This document shows, in pieces, positions 47,410 to 57,740 of a stretch of DNA of 64,000 bases (within the stretch, counting starts at the first letter, position 1; every line of letters starts with the position of its first letter). Source of the DNA: Acidilobaceae archaeon (GTDB taxonomy: Archaea; Thermoproteota; Thermoprotei_A; Sulfolobales; Acidilobaceae); assembly GCA_038897215.1 (NCBI GenBank), contig JAWAWX010000001.1, positions 672,001-736,000 on the forward strand, read 5' to 3'. The notes beneath the pieces were generated by a model. That model was not told where the DNA came from. It worked only from the letters and a program-made list of their open reading frames with translations, and did not search any database. A program made the translations under genes and the position numbers.

Positions 47410-50327
47410 GCCTTCTCTACGTATATAGCGGGCTTAGCGGGCAGAGCTTGGCTTTTTCTTGGCGACGAGCCTTCCTCCTCTCTCTCTACTCTCACCTCTA
47501 CCCCTAACTCTCTTGAGAAGAACTCTTCCGCCTCCTTCAGGAACTCGTACTCTAAGTCTGGGTCTACGAGCTTCTCGAGGATCTCCGGGCTCTTCGCTAT
47601 TCTTGATACTAGAGCTCCCGCTCTCTCTCTGTGTGGTGATACTCTTAGAGCTTCTCTCAAAGCCTCAGCCAACGGCTTGTCTTGAGCTAGCTTCTTGACC
47701 TCGCCGAGAAACTCGTACTTCCATCTTGCTGCCACTGTGACGACGATCTTGCCTGCTCCTACTAGCTTGAGTATCTCTCTCGCGTCTTCGAGAGTGCTCT
47801 CGACTATACTCTCCGCTCTCGCTATCTCCGGCTTTATCGCTGAGTAGTCGGGAGTAGGCCAGGGAGCTAGGCTAACGAAGCCCTCCTTGCCTATCAGCGA
47901 CCACACTTCCTCGGCTAGGTGTGGAGCGAAGGGAGCAATGAGGAGAGTCTGGACCTCTATGAATCTCTTCAACAGCTCTCTGTTGGGTACTCCGGCTCTC
48001 CTCAGGTACCACTTGAACTTCGCCTGGAGACCGTAGAAGCCCTCTACTAGAGCAGATTTATACATGGTCTTCTCCATTAGCTCGGTAACCTTGACTATAG
48101 TCTCGTTTAGAACGTGGTTGAACCAATCGTCTACTCTCCTCCAATCGTCTCTCCCCCTACCGTAGTTCGCTCTAGCGAACTCGAGCCAGGACACGAGGTC
48201 TTCTACAGCTGAGTCTGCCACCGTCGGGTCGAAGTTAGCGTCATCGAGCGTCGAGTCAGCCCCAGCTAGTGTTTCAGCCCACCTAGTAGCATCGGCTCCC
48301 CACCACTCTAGAGCCTGCCTTAGGAGAATGAAGTTACCCCTGCTTTTACTCATCTTCTCCCCACCCACTAGAACCCAGCCGTTAACGCTTATCCCTCGAG
48401 GCCAGAGCTCTCTCGGGAATATCGCTACGTGATGCATTATGAAGAAGATTAGGTGATTGTAGAGGAGGTCTTTACCACTTATCCTCAAGTCCACAGGATA
48501 CCAGTACAGGAACTCTCTCCTGATCTCCTCAAGTAGCTCGACTCCAATCCCCGTCTTCGCGGAGACCTCTCTGGGGTCTCCGATGCCTAGGAGGACGTAG
48601 TCGAAGAACTCGGGAGTTAGATTCTCCGGCTTAACCCCGTACTTCTCGGGGTGCTGGAGATACTTGGCTAGAGCGTAGTACGCCATGTATATAGTTGAAT
48701 CGCTAAGACTCTCTATGACCCACTCGGGGTCCCAGGGTAGGTGTGTTCCGAGCTCTCCCTTGTGCGTGAAAGCCCAGTCTCCGAGCTCCCCCATGAATCG
48801 ATTCATCTCAGCTTTAGCTTCTCTAGGGACGATCATCATGGATTCTAGAGCTTCGAAAGCGAGCTTCTTCCAGTCCTCTCGGCTATAGAGTATGAACCAC
48901 TGGTCTTCCACGATCTTGACATGCGCTCTACTCCCGCACCTACAGTAGACTCTCTGTGGTAGAGTGTAGACTCTTAGAGCGGAGTTGATGGAGGAGAGCC
49001 AGGAGGCCACACTCTCTCTAGCCTGAGCTACGCTCACGCCCCTCCAGGGCCCTGTATTCTCCAGCATGACTCCTTTGTGGAACTCTCTACTGTAGAGGTC
49101 TCGAGTAGCTTCCTCTAATAGCTCTCTATCGTGCTGGCTCGCGACTCTCTTAGCTTTAAGCTCTTCCTCTGCGGGGACTCCTCTATAGTCCTCTGTCTCA
49201 ATTATGACTATAGGCTCTATCCTATCGACGACCCCGGGGTCCAGACCGTATCTCGCTAGAAGGCTCTTGTCTCTCTTCAAGTCTAGGAGAGCAGCTAGGT
49301 CGAAGGGTGCGTGTGCTGGAACGCTCATCACCATACCCGTCCCCACATCGGGATCCACGAACCAGGCTGGTAGAACAGGCACGCGAGAGCCCGTAGCAGG
49401 GTTCAGAGCCTCTAGTCCTAGGAGCTCTCTACCATCGACTCTGCCCCTGACCTCTACTCTGTACCCTTGGTCTCTCAGCTCTCTAGAGGAGGTCTCGTTG
49501 AGAACCCACAGCTCTCCCTCGACGTCGGCTAGCAGGTAGGAGGCTTCGGGGTGGACCCAGATATTTGTGACACCGAAGACGGTCTCGGGTCTTAGGGTCA
49601 GTGCTGGCAGGACTCTACCATCGCTCAGCTTGAATTTGATTATGTAGGCTTCTATGGGGCCTATGCCTACGTACTCGTCTGGCCTGTCGTGGTCTCCGAC
49701 AACCTTACCCTCCTTGGGGCACCAGACAACAGGATGTCTGCCCTTACCGATCAACCCCTTATCTCTGAGCTTCAGGTACTGCCACTCTATGAACTTGCTG
49801 TAGTATGGGTTCAGTCTCGTGGTGAAGAACTCTCTCCTCCAGTCGATGCTCATACCGTACCTCTCTAGGTCTCTCCTCCACTCTCTCGTAAAGTAGCGAA
49901 CCCAGGTCTCGGGCTCTCTGAACTTCTCTATCTCGCTCTCGGGGACCCCGGCTAGCTTGAGGCTCTCCACTATCCTCGGGTCTCCCTCTCTTAGTCTTAG
50001 AGCAGCAGCAACTATGGGGCCTCCCGTAGCGTGCCAGCCTTGAGCGAAGAGCACGTTGTAGCCTCTCATCCTCTTGTATCTAGCCGTTACATCGACTCTG
50101 AGTATTGTGAACGCGCTGCCTAGATGAGGAGGCGCGTTCACGTAGGGGTAGGGGAAGGTGACGAAGTACTTTGGGACTCCTGGCTTCGGGTCGGCTTCGA
50201 ATATCCGTGCCTCTCTCCACCTCTCCTGCCACTTAGACTCTATGGCTTTGAGGGTCTCGACTAGCTTAGGAGAGACTCTGGGAGCTATTCTCGGAGCTCT
50301 GGCCCGCTCTTCAACAATGATCCTCAC
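47388..50327 (-). CDS. leuS: Leucine--tRNA ligase (archaeal type)
   Basis: TFPYPY, HLGS, GDHDR, TLRPET, MSVPAHAP, IESLSDSTIY, GKDL and KMSKS motifs. Confidence 0.97.
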   Translation of the reverse strand: MRIIVEERARAPRIAPRVSPKLVETLKAIESKWQERWREARIFEADPKPGVPKYFVTFPYPYVNAPPHLGSAFTILRVDVTARYKRMRGYNVLFAQGWHATGGPIVAAALRLREGDPRIVESLKLAGVPESEIEKFREPETWVRYFTREWRRDLERYGMSIDWRREFFTTRLNPYYSKFIEWQYLKLRDKGLIGKGRHPVVWCPKEGKVVGDHDRPDEYVGIGPIEAYIIKFKLSDGRVLPALTLRPETVFGVTNIWVHPEASYLLADVEGELWVLNETSSRELRDQGYRVEVRGRVDGRELLGLEALNPATGSRVPVLPAWFVDPDVGTGMVMSVPAHAPFDLAALLDLKRDKSLLARYGLDPGVVDRIEPIVIIETEDYRGVPAEEELKAKRVASQHDRELLEEATRDLYSREFHKGVMLENTGPWRGVSVAQARESVASWLSSINSALRVYTLPQRVYCRCGSRAHVKIVEDQWFILYSREDWKKLAFEALESMMIVPREAKAEMNRFMGELGDWAFTHKGELGTHLPWDPEWVIESLSDSTIYMAYYALAKYLQHPEKYGVKPENLTPEFFDYVLLGIGDPREVSAKTGIGVELLEEIRREFLYWYPVDLRISGKDLLYNHLIFFIMHHVAIFPRELWPRGISVNGWVLVGGEKMSKSRGNFILLRQALEWWGADATRWAETLAGADSTLDDANFDPTVADSAVEDLVSWLEFARANYGRGRDDWRRVDDWFNHVLNETIVKVTELMEKTMYKSALVEGFYGLQAKFKWYLRRAGVPNRELLKRFIEVQTLLIAPFAPHLAEEVWSLIGKEGFVSLAPWPTPDYSAIKPEIARAESIVESTLEDAREILKLVGAGKIVVTVAARWKYEFLGEVKKLAQDKPLAEALREALRVSPHRERAGALVSRIAKSPEILEKLVDPDLEYEFLKEAEEFFSRELGVEVRVEREEEGSSPRKSQALPAKPAIYVEKAGGAAGI

Positions 50328-50378
50328 ACCTTCCGGGATTCTCGCCTGAACCGGCTTTTAAGGTTTAGCCGTCTCTAG

Positions 50379-51539
50379 CTACTTCTCGCTCCTCCTTCTC
50401 CTAGGCTTCTTGACTTCTTCCTCAGCTTCTACTACCGTCACTCCAGTGCCTATCAGCTTCTTGAACACCTCGTCTAGGAATCTAGCGTAGACTCCTCTCT
50501 GACCTAGGATAGCTCCCATGGCTTCTCTGGATACGCTTAGCTTCACCTTGCTTCCAGCGAAGTCTGCCTCCTCTATGTGTTTGTAGACCCACGCGACTGG
50601 ATGCACGGCTCTCACTATCTCTCTCAAGTCTAGAGTGTGCTCTATTGCTCTTATGCTGGCTCCAAGCTCTCTCTCCATCTTCTGGACTCTCTCCCCGCCT
50701 GAGCCCACGAATCTCCCGATGTGCCCCTCTTTCGTGACTACTAGAGCGTCTGGCACGTGCTGAGACGTTATCTCATATCTCTTCTTCAGTTCTCCCACGT
50801 TGAGTACTGTCACTATGTCGGCGTCTGGAGCATATGCTTTAGCTAGGTCTCTCACTCTGATCTCGAACTCGTCTAGAGGCCTCTTCCTCATCTGGAGCTC
50901 TAATAGGAGCCTGATGCCCTTCTTGGCTCCAGGTCTCACCACATCCTTCAACCCCAGGTCTATCACTATCGCTGACTCCTCTCCGAGGAGTATCTCTCTA
51001 GCTAGAGTAGCTCCATCTCTATCGCTCGACCTCTGGAAGACCGGGTCTCCTGCTATTATCAGCTTGCTCTTTCTACCCATTCGAGTAATTATCTCTACTA
51101 TGGTCTCTGCTGAAACCCCTTGAGCATCGTCGACGACTATCACAGACTCGTCGAAAGTCCTCCCTCTCAGAAAGTGGGGATCAGCTAGGACCAGCTTGCC
51201 TGAGTTGATCATCTCGTCTAAGACTCCGGGGTCGGCGAAGCCTGCTAGCAGGTCTCTCACGTAGTCGCTAGCGTGCTTGATGTAGGCTTGAGGGTCACTA
51301 TATAGAGTGATCTCCCTCCCTGTCACGACATCGACTATCGGTCTAGACAAGATCATCCTCTTGTAGAGACCCTTAGCTGTCGCGCTCAGCCCGTAGGATA
51401 TAGCGAACAAGCTCTTTCCAGTACCCGTGGGCCCGAAGACCCCGATTATCTCCTTCTCTGAGACTAGAGCTCGCTTAAACTCCTCCTGACCAGGGCTCTT
51501 GGGCTCTATCTTCTCAAATAGCTCTGCCACACTATCCAT
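50379..51539 (-). CDS. PhoH-family ATPase with C-terminal KH domains
   Basis: GPTGTGKS, LRGRTF, DDAQ, AGD..Q and GxxG KH loops. ATG at 51539 has SD GGTGA. Confidence 0.88.
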   Translation of the reverse strand: MDSVAELFEKIEPKSPGQEEFKRALVSEKEIIGVFGPTGTGKSLFAISYGLSATAKGLYKRMILSRPIVDVVTGREITLYSDPQAYIKHASDYVRDLLAGFADPGVLDEMINSGKLVLADPHFLRGRTFDESVIVVDDAQGVSAETIVEIITRMGRKSKLIIAGDPVFQRSSDRDGATLAREILLGEESAIVIDLGLKDVVRPGAKKGIRLLLELQMRKRPLDEFEIRVRDLAKAYAPDADIVTVLNVGELKKRYEITSQHVPDALVVTKEGHIGRFVGSGGERVQKMERELGASIRAIEHTLDLREIVRAVHPVAWVYKHIEEADFAGSKVKLSVSREAMGAILGQRGVYARFLDEVFKKLIGTGVTVVEAEEEVKKPRRRRSEK

Positions 51540-51783
51540 ACGCTCACCCGGAGAGAAGACTGAGCTAGTTCTACAACCTATATAAGAAGCTACCGGCTTC
51601 TCGCAAGAACTCTCGTATAGAGGAATCCGGACTAGCTGACTCACCGAGATCTCCTATGGAATCCCGTTCTCTGTGTGAGCACGAATCTCGTTGAATGCAA
51701 ATCTTGCTTTAAAAAGAACTGTTTATAACTAAATCTTAAAACCCGTTTTCGACAGGATCTCTAGGCGGCTTTGGTGATGAATT

Positions 51784-54327
51784 GTGCCTATTCTATTGAA
51801 TAGAAGAGATTTTATTAAACTAGCGGCTCTAGCAGGCTTAGCGGCATCAATTCCTCTAGCTCAAAGAGTAGCTGAGAAGAAGGCTGAGCAGACTCTACTC
51901 AGCCCCGCTTCTGGAGTCAAGTTCGTCAACACATTCTGCTACATGTGCGCTGCTCTCTGCGGAGTCCAGGTAGCCGTCAGGGACGGGAAGCCCATATACA
52001 TAACACCCATTGATGGCCACCCCCAGAGAGGCATGTGTGGTAGGTCTGCGTCCGGCATGTGGCTATGGAATCACCCGCTTAGAGTCAGGAAGCCTCTGAA
52101 GAGAGTTGGGGAGAAGGGCGAGGGCAGATTCCAGGAGATCTCTTGGGAGCAAGCTCTAGACGAGATAGCAGCCAAGCTCAAAGAGATAGCCGAGAAGTAC
52201 GGCCCACGAGCAATAGCCTTCACCTGGCACGAGCACGGGCTAGAGTACCAGCCTCTATTCCAGTACGCTCTAGGTACCTGTAGCTTCACCAACCACCTGG
52301 CGACTTGCAACAACAACGGGACTATAGCTAGAAGAGCCAACCTAGCTGCTGGAGGGCCTCCCACGGTCGAGCCCGACTTAGAGAACGCTAGCTATGTTCT
52401 CTTAGTTGGGAGAACCTACTCTACTGCTAACATGGGCCACGTTAACTGGCTCAGGTCTAGTGACAAGGTTAGGATTGTCTACGTCGGACCTAGGATGGCT
52501 GAGATTGCTTTTGGTGAGGTTGAGTGGGTTCCTATCAAGCCTGCTACTGATGTTGTCTTCGTGCTTAGCTTGATCAACGTTATCATAGAGGAGGGTCTTT
52601 ACGACGCTGAGTTCCTGAAGAGGTATACTAACGCTCCGTTCCTCATCAAGCCCGATGGGAGGCCTCTTGTTGCAGCCGACGTAGTGGAGGGCGGGAGCCC
52701 GACAGTGTACCTGGTCTACGACGCTAGAACAGGGAGGCTGGAGGACCACACGAGAGCAACGGATCCCCACTTAACGTATAAAGGTAAGGTGACGCTGAGA
52801 GACGGGACGGAGATAGAGGTAACAACAGCATTCAACCTGCTGAGAGAAAGAGCAGCCAAATACCCGCCAGAAGAAGCGGAGAAGATAACAGGAGCACCGG
52901 CAACAACCATAAGAAGAATAGCGAGAGAATTCGCGCTATACAGAGGAGTAGCAGACGACACCTGGTGGACTGTCTGGAACGGGCTAGTTGACACCTACGC
53001 TGTGATGGCTATACTGATACTCAATATGCTAGTTGGGAGCTACGAGAGGCCCGGAGGCCTCTGCTTCCCTCTCGGCAGGAGGATGCCGGCTATAGGCTCT
53101 GTTGTGACAGTGGGCGGGAAGACGTACTGGAGGCCAGTGTGGGCTGACACGATCCCGGAGGCTCACCCAGGCCTGCCCCAGGAGCTGTGGGGTAATGCTA
53201 CCGAGACGAGGATCGACTTGAGGAAGTACCCCGCTACCACCATGAACTTCGACGTGATACTAGACGCTATAATCAAAGACGACCCCTACCCTGTCAGAGC
53301 CCTCTTCACGTTCGCCACAGACCCGATCACCAGAGACATGGACACAGAGAAGGTCAAGGAGGCTCTGAAGAAGCTCGAACTCTTCGTCGCCTTCGACGTA
53401 GTCATAACGGACTCGGGCATGTACGCAGACTACATACTACCCGACACCATATACATGGAGAGAGACTTCGTCACTAGCAACAAGTGGTCGCTTCACGCTG
53501 CTATCCAGAAGCAGAACAAGGCCGTGAACCCGCCGCCCGGCTGCGAGGCTAGAGACATGCTCTGGGCCTTCATGGAGATAATAAGGAGAGCCTGGCCAGA
53601 GAAGGCTAGAGCCCTAGGCTGGAAGGATGAGTATAGAGACTACTCCAGGTACGAGAGCGAGTTCCTCCCCAAGATGGAGGAGGCTATACTGAGAAGGACT
53701 GCTGCAGCGTGGGCAGCAGACCTGAGGGTAAGCGCTGACGAGCTCTACGCCAGGATGGACAAGGAGCTGAAGGAGAAGGGCTACATAGTGCTCGCCAGGA
53801 AGACCTACAGCCCGGCAGGTCTAGCTGCTAGGCCTACCCCCAGCAGGAAGCTCGAGATCTACGCTCTGAGAAGCTTCGCAGACGGCATAGACCCGCTCCC
53901 AGACTACATCCCGCCAAACTACACTCCGCCCAGAGGCGGCAACGAGTTCTACTTGATCAGCGGCAAGAGCCCGCTGGTCAGCGTCCACGGGACTCTAATG
54001 AATCCAATGAGGTGGCTACTGGATAGAACAGTGTGGATGAACCCAAAGGATGCTGAGAGACTCGGAGTGAAGGATGGAGACGAGATAGAGCTAGAAGGGA
54101 TAGACTCCGGTAGAAAGGCTAGAGTAAAGGTCACAGTGACAGACAAGGTAGTAGAGGGGACTCTATTCACATACGCTCAGAGCCACGGCAGGGCAATAAA
54201 GCCGCCTAAGGGCATGGAGTGGATAAGAGAAGGCCTCAACCCCAACACGCTCATCAAAGCCATAGTGGTAGGCAGAGTAGGAGTCGGTGCGACCAACTGT
54301 AGCGTCAGAGTCAGGAAGGTGAGCTGA
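51784..54327 (+). CDS. Tat-exported molybdopterin oxidoreductase catalytic subunit, PsrA/PhsA (polysulfide/thiosulfate reductase)-like
   Basis: RRDFIK Tat motif, CYMCAALC...C FS0 cluster, NHLATC Mo-Cys ligand region, ADYILP and WMNPKDA. Confidence 0.88.
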   Translation: MPILLNRRDFIKLAALAGLAASIPLAQRVAEKKAEQTLLSPASGVKFVNTFCYMCAALCGVQVAVRDGKPIYITPIDGHPQRGMCGRSASGMWLWNHPLRVRKPLKRVGEKGEGRFQEISWEQALDEIAAKLKEIAEKYGPRAIAFTWHEHGLEYQPLFQYALGTCSFTNHLATCNNNGTIARRANLAAGGPPTVEPDLENASYVLLVGRTYSTANMGHVNWLRSSDKVRIVYVGPRMAEIAFGEVEWVPIKPATDVVFVLSLINVIIEEGLYDAEFLKRYTNAPFLIKPDGRPLVAADVVEGGSPTVYLVYDARTGRLEDHTRATDPHLTYKGKVTLRDGTEIEVTTAFNLLRERAAKYPPEEAEKITGAPATTIRRIAREFALYRGVADDTWWTVWNGLVDTYAVMAILILNMLVGSYERPGGLCFPLGRRMPAIGSVVTVGGKTYWRPVWADTIPEAHPGLPQELWGNATETRIDLRKYPATTMNFDVILDAIIKDDPYPVRALFTFATDPITRDMDTEKVKEALKKLELFVAFDVVITDSGMYADYILPDTIYMERDFVTSNKWSLHAAIQKQNKAVNPPPGCEARDMLWAFMEIIRRAWPEKARALGWKDEYRDYSRYESEFLPKMEEAILRRTAAAWAADLRVSADELYARMDKELKEKGYIVLARKTYSPAGLAARPTPSRKLEIYALRSFADGIDPLPDYIPPNYTPPRGGNEFYLISGKSPLVSVHGTLMNPMRWLLDRTVWMNPKDAERLGVKDGDEIELEGIDSGRKARVKVTVTDKVVEGTLFTYAQSHGRAIKPPKGMEWIREGLNPNTLIKAIVVGRVGVGATNCSVRVRKVS

Positions 54328-54342
54328 AAGAGGTGAGCCCCT

Positions 54343-54912
54343 ATGGCCAGGCTCGCGTACCTATGGGATGAGAGGCTCTGCATAGCCTGCATGGCCTGCG
54401 TAGTAGCGTGCGCTAACAACTACGACGAGCTGAGATACGAAGAGAACCCCAACCCGTACTGGGACTGGTTCGCCACAAACATAAGAGTCCAGGAGAGGAA
54501 GCGTGGCAAGAAAGCCATAAGGCTGATGTCGTGCCAGCACTGCGAGAAAGCGCCCTGCGTGACAGCATGTCCCACGGGCGCTAGCTACATAGACAAGGAG
54601 ACCAAGCTGGTTAAGATAGACTACAAGAAGTGCATCAGATGCTTGGCATGCGTAGTCTCCTGCCCCTATGGAGCAAGATGGGTTGGCAGAGACAGGCTGC
54701 CCTACAAGTGCATGGGGCCAGTCTGCGAGGAGAGGCTGAACATGGGACTAAGGCCTCTCTGTGTCAGCGTCTGCCCAGCCAGCGCTAGAGACTTCGGCGA
54801 CATAGACGACCCAGAGAGCAGCATATCCAGGAAGCTGAGAGCCCTGAAGACCGACAGGATGCTCGAAGAGTTCGGCACGGAGCCGAAGTACTACGTGGTG
54901 AGGAACGCTTAG
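54343..54912 (+). CDS. 4Fe-4S electron-transfer subunit (PsrB/DmsB-like)
   Basis: CIACMACVVAC, CQHCEKAPCVTACP, CIRCLACVVSCP and KC...C...CVSVCP. Confidence 0.93.
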   Translation: MARLAYLWDERLCIACMACVVACANNYDELRYEENPNPYWDWFATNIRVQERKRGKKAIRLMSCQHCEKAPCVTACPTGASYIDKETKLVKIDYKKCIRCLACVVSCPYGARWVGRDRLPYKCMGPVCEERLNMGLRPLCVSVCPASARDFGDIDDPESSISRKLRALKTDRMLEEFGTEPKYYVVRNA

Positions 54913-54926
54913 GGGGTGCGTGAGCA

Positions 54927-56021
54927 GTGAAGAGCACACAGCTACTAGTCATAGGCATCGTAGTTGCCGTCGTCGGAGCAGCCATAGCTCTATACGGGAT
55001 GACGCTATGGGATGTCCACAGAGTAGCATGGGGTCTCCTCGTAGCGCTCTACGAGTACTTCGGAGTGGTGGCAGCAGGCTCTGCTATAATCGCCTCACTC
55101 ATAGTCCTCGCCAGGCTAGCAGGGTACCTGGATGAGAGCGCTGAGAGAGTAGCCAGGCTCGGGCTAGTACTGGCTCTAGCCGGGCTGATCGCAGCGGGCT
55201 TCACTGTAGGGCTTAAGAGCGGGTTCCCCAGCACGCTGACGGTAGCGTACTTCAGCATCAAGCTCGATAGCGCTATAGGCAGAATGCTGCTCCTGCTCCC
55301 AGCATTCATAGTCGTGACCCTAGTCGCTATATTAGTCTCGACGACGCGGAACCTCAGAGAGGTCAAGGCGCTCGTAGCCTCTCTCGTGATCATAATCGCT
55401 GTCCTCGCGTACGCCAACGCGGGCTCTGTCTTCCAGAGCATGGCCTCTGTCCCGCTGTGGCACGTTACCCCGATGACGGCTTTATTCATAGCCGGGGCAG
55501 TAGCGTGGGGCGCCTCAGCTCAGAGCCTCTACGTCCTGGCTTCGGAGAGAAGGCTTGCTCTCACTCTAGCTAGAGCATTCGGTCTAGCCATAGCGCTAGG
55601 AGTCCTAGCCTACGCTACCATACTATACTTCACCAAAGCCGGGTACACGTGGATAGCTGCCGAGGCGTGGTCTAGGATAGTGGAGAGTGCTCTCTTCACT
55701 CTATCGTTCTACATACTAGGGCTCATAATCCCGCTAGTGCTAGGCATTTACGTCTTCGTATCGGGAGACACCAGAGCTCTCCCGATAGCGGCAATCTCAG
55801 CGATAGTCGGAGGATTCATAGTCCACTCCATGCTAATCATCGTGCCTCAGACACTCGCGCTAACAGGATTCAGGGAAGTAGTCGAGATCCCATACCACAT
55901 AGCCGCGGATGAAGCTCTAGGAGCAGTTGGAGCTACAATACTCCTCCTAGGGCTCCTGATTGCTGGAGTAGGAGCACTCAACATACTAGAAGCTAGGCAG
56001 GTCAAGCAGGCTAGTGCTTAG
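54927..56021 (+). CDS. NrfD/PsrC-family membrane anchor
   Basis: WGLLVALY, about 10 TM helices, PLW; third gene of the operon. Confidence 0.88.
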   Translation: MKSTQLLVIGIVVAVVGAAIALYGMTLWDVHRVAWGLLVALYEYFGVVAAGSAIIASLIVLARLAGYLDESAERVARLGLVLALAGLIAAGFTVGLKSGFPSTLTVAYFSIKLDSAIGRMLLLLPAFIVVTLVAILVSTTRNLREVKALVASLVIIIAVLAYANAGSVFQSMASVPLWHVTPMTALFIAGAVAWGASAQSLYVLASERRLALTLARAFGLAIALGVLAYATILYFTKAGYTWIAAEAWSRIVESALFTLSFYILGLIIPLVLGIYVFVSGDTRALPIAAISAIVGGFIVHSMLIIVPQTLALTGFREVVEIPYHIAADEALGAVGATILLLGLLIAGVGALNILEARQVKQASA

Positions 56022-56035
56022 CTCACGCTCCACAA

Positions 56036-56070
56036 CTTTCCCTAATTCTCTTCTCTTCTCTTCCTAGCTT
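56036..56070 (+). terminator. Pyrimidine-rich tract after the molybdoenzyme operon
   Basis: CTTTCCCTAATTCTCTTCTCTTCTCTTCC, similar to the tract after the hydrogenase. Confidence 0.35.
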
Positions 56071-56207
56071 CTATCCTAGCCTCTATTTGAGAGTTCCTAG
56101 AGTGACCTGAGACTCCCGCTCTTTCCTTAGCGAGATATAGCTTCGAGTGTTAGAGTGGTCGCTAAAGCGATATAGGCTCCGGACTACCGCCTCTCTTCGG
56201 GCTCTAT

Positions 56208-57608
56208 TTGGGGATCAGGACTCCTAGGCTTATGTGCACGCAACACCCTGACTCCACTGTCAGGCTCACGGCTCAAGACGAGGTAGCGGAGGCTATTCAA
56301 GCTAGGATACACTATGGTTGCGATGAGGTGATGGTTGATTACGAAGGCAAGCTTACGCCATACTCTCAGCCTAAAGAGATAGTCTTGAAAGCTCTCTCTC
56401 ACGGTATAGACTTGGGGGACGGCTTCTATCTCACAGTCAGAATACCCAACCCTCTCCTAGAGGAACTCGATAGAGTCATGTTGTCGATCGATGCTGCTCT
56501 CATGGCTAACTACTACTCTCTAATGGAGAGGGAGGTTCAGGCAGTAAGATGGATAGTCCTCCCCATGACTGAGTCTGGAGAATTAGTTGCTCTTGTTCAG
56601 AGGATACTAGCTAAGAAGACCCGTCTGCTCAACGAAGAGTTGAACACTAGAATAGAGCCCATAGTGCTCGTGCCTCTACTGGAGAGCTTTGAGTCTCTCA
56701 CTAGAGCGAGCTTAGTGACAGAGGCTCTCAAGGTGGCTCTCCAATCGGAGAGCGGAGAGCTGAGACTAGTCAGGCTCTTCCTGGGCAAAAGCGATACAGC
56801 TGTGAAGAGCGGGCACATAGCTTCCTCTCTGGCTCTCCTATATGCGCTAAGCCAGCTCCACGACCTCTCTCTAGCTCTATCTCTCCCAATCAAGCCAATC
56901 ATCGGCATGGGGTCTCCTCCCTTTAGAGGCGGTATAAACAATCCCGAGCTCGTCGACGTAGAGGTAGAGCAGTACTCCGGATACTCTACGGTGACTATAC
57001 AGTCTGCTATTCGCTACGATGTAGGTATGAGTGATTACAGTAAGGTGCGCATGACTCTCCTCGAGAGAGTAGACGAGACCCCGAGGAGAGTCGATGAGAG
57101 CGCGCTCAGCATAGCTGAGAAAGCGCGCTCAGCCTACAAGAGCCTAGTAGCTAAGTACGCCGACATGGTAGCTGAGACAGCTAAACACGTGCCAACTACG
57201 AGAGATAGAGTAGCTTGGAGAGTGTATGGTAGACTGGTAGAGAGCGAGACCGGAGTCTTCCATATGCCTAGAGCCATAGTCTACACCTCCACTTGGTATC
57301 TTCTAGGCGTCCCGCCCACTCTCCTCGACGCGAGCTTCATTGTACAAGCGTATAGAGAAGACTTGCTCGACGAAGTCTTCAGAATACTGCCAGGCTTGGA
57401 GAGAGAGTGGAGTCTAGACTCTCTATTCTACGTGCCGAGCGTAGCCGAGAAGAGGCTCGACTCCAAGATAGTCGAGTTAGTCAACACAGCACTAGACATA
57501 CTAGGCATCAAGCGCGAGCACGATGAGGCATATGCTAGAATACTTTCTCTAGGCCCCTCCGAGGCGGTAGCACTCGCTCTAGGTAGGATGAGAGGATACC
57601 TCGGATAA
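56208..57608 (+). CDS. ppcA: Archaeal-type phosphoenolpyruvate carboxylase
   Basis: PRLMCTQHPD, DYEGK, RIPNP, FLGKSD, GMGSPPFRG, TIQSA, PRAI and C-terminal RGYLG. Confidence 0.96.
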   Translation: MGIRTPRLMCTQHPDSTVRLTAQDEVAEAIQARIHYGCDEVMVDYEGKLTPYSQPKEIVLKALSHGIDLGDGFYLTVRIPNPLLEELDRVMLSIDAALMANYYSLMEREVQAVRWIVLPMTESGELVALVQRILAKKTRLLNEELNTRIEPIVLVPLLESFESLTRASLVTEALKVALQSESGELRLVRLFLGKSDTAVKSGHIASSLALLYALSQLHDLSLALSLPIKPIIGMGSPPFRGGINNPELVDVEVEQYSGYSTVTIQSAIRYDVGMSDYSKVRMTLLERVDETPRRVDESALSIAEKARSAYKSLVAKYADMVAETAKHVPTTRDRVAWRVYGRLVESETGVFHMPRAIVYTSTWYLLGVPPTLLDASFIVQAYREDLLDEVFRILPGLEREWSLDSLFYVPSVAEKRLDSKIVELVNTALDILGIKREHDEAYARILSLGPSEAVALALGRMRGYLG

Positions 57609-57740
57609 CCTCCACGCAATTCTAGAGAGCTAAAGGCTACAGTATTGCTAGAGCCAGCTAGACGGTCTTAGAGAACATCGGTGAGAAACTCAACACTCGC
57701 TTTTAAGCATGAGTCGTAACAACTCTCCTGGGAGTGTGTC

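Noticed and set aside
51721-51729. SurR-like GTT-N3-AAC site upstream of the molybdoenzyme operon
   Set aside because: It is a single 9-mer that coincides with a TATA-like TTTATAA, has no counterpart upstream of the hydrogenase, and SurR is characterised in Thermococcales.
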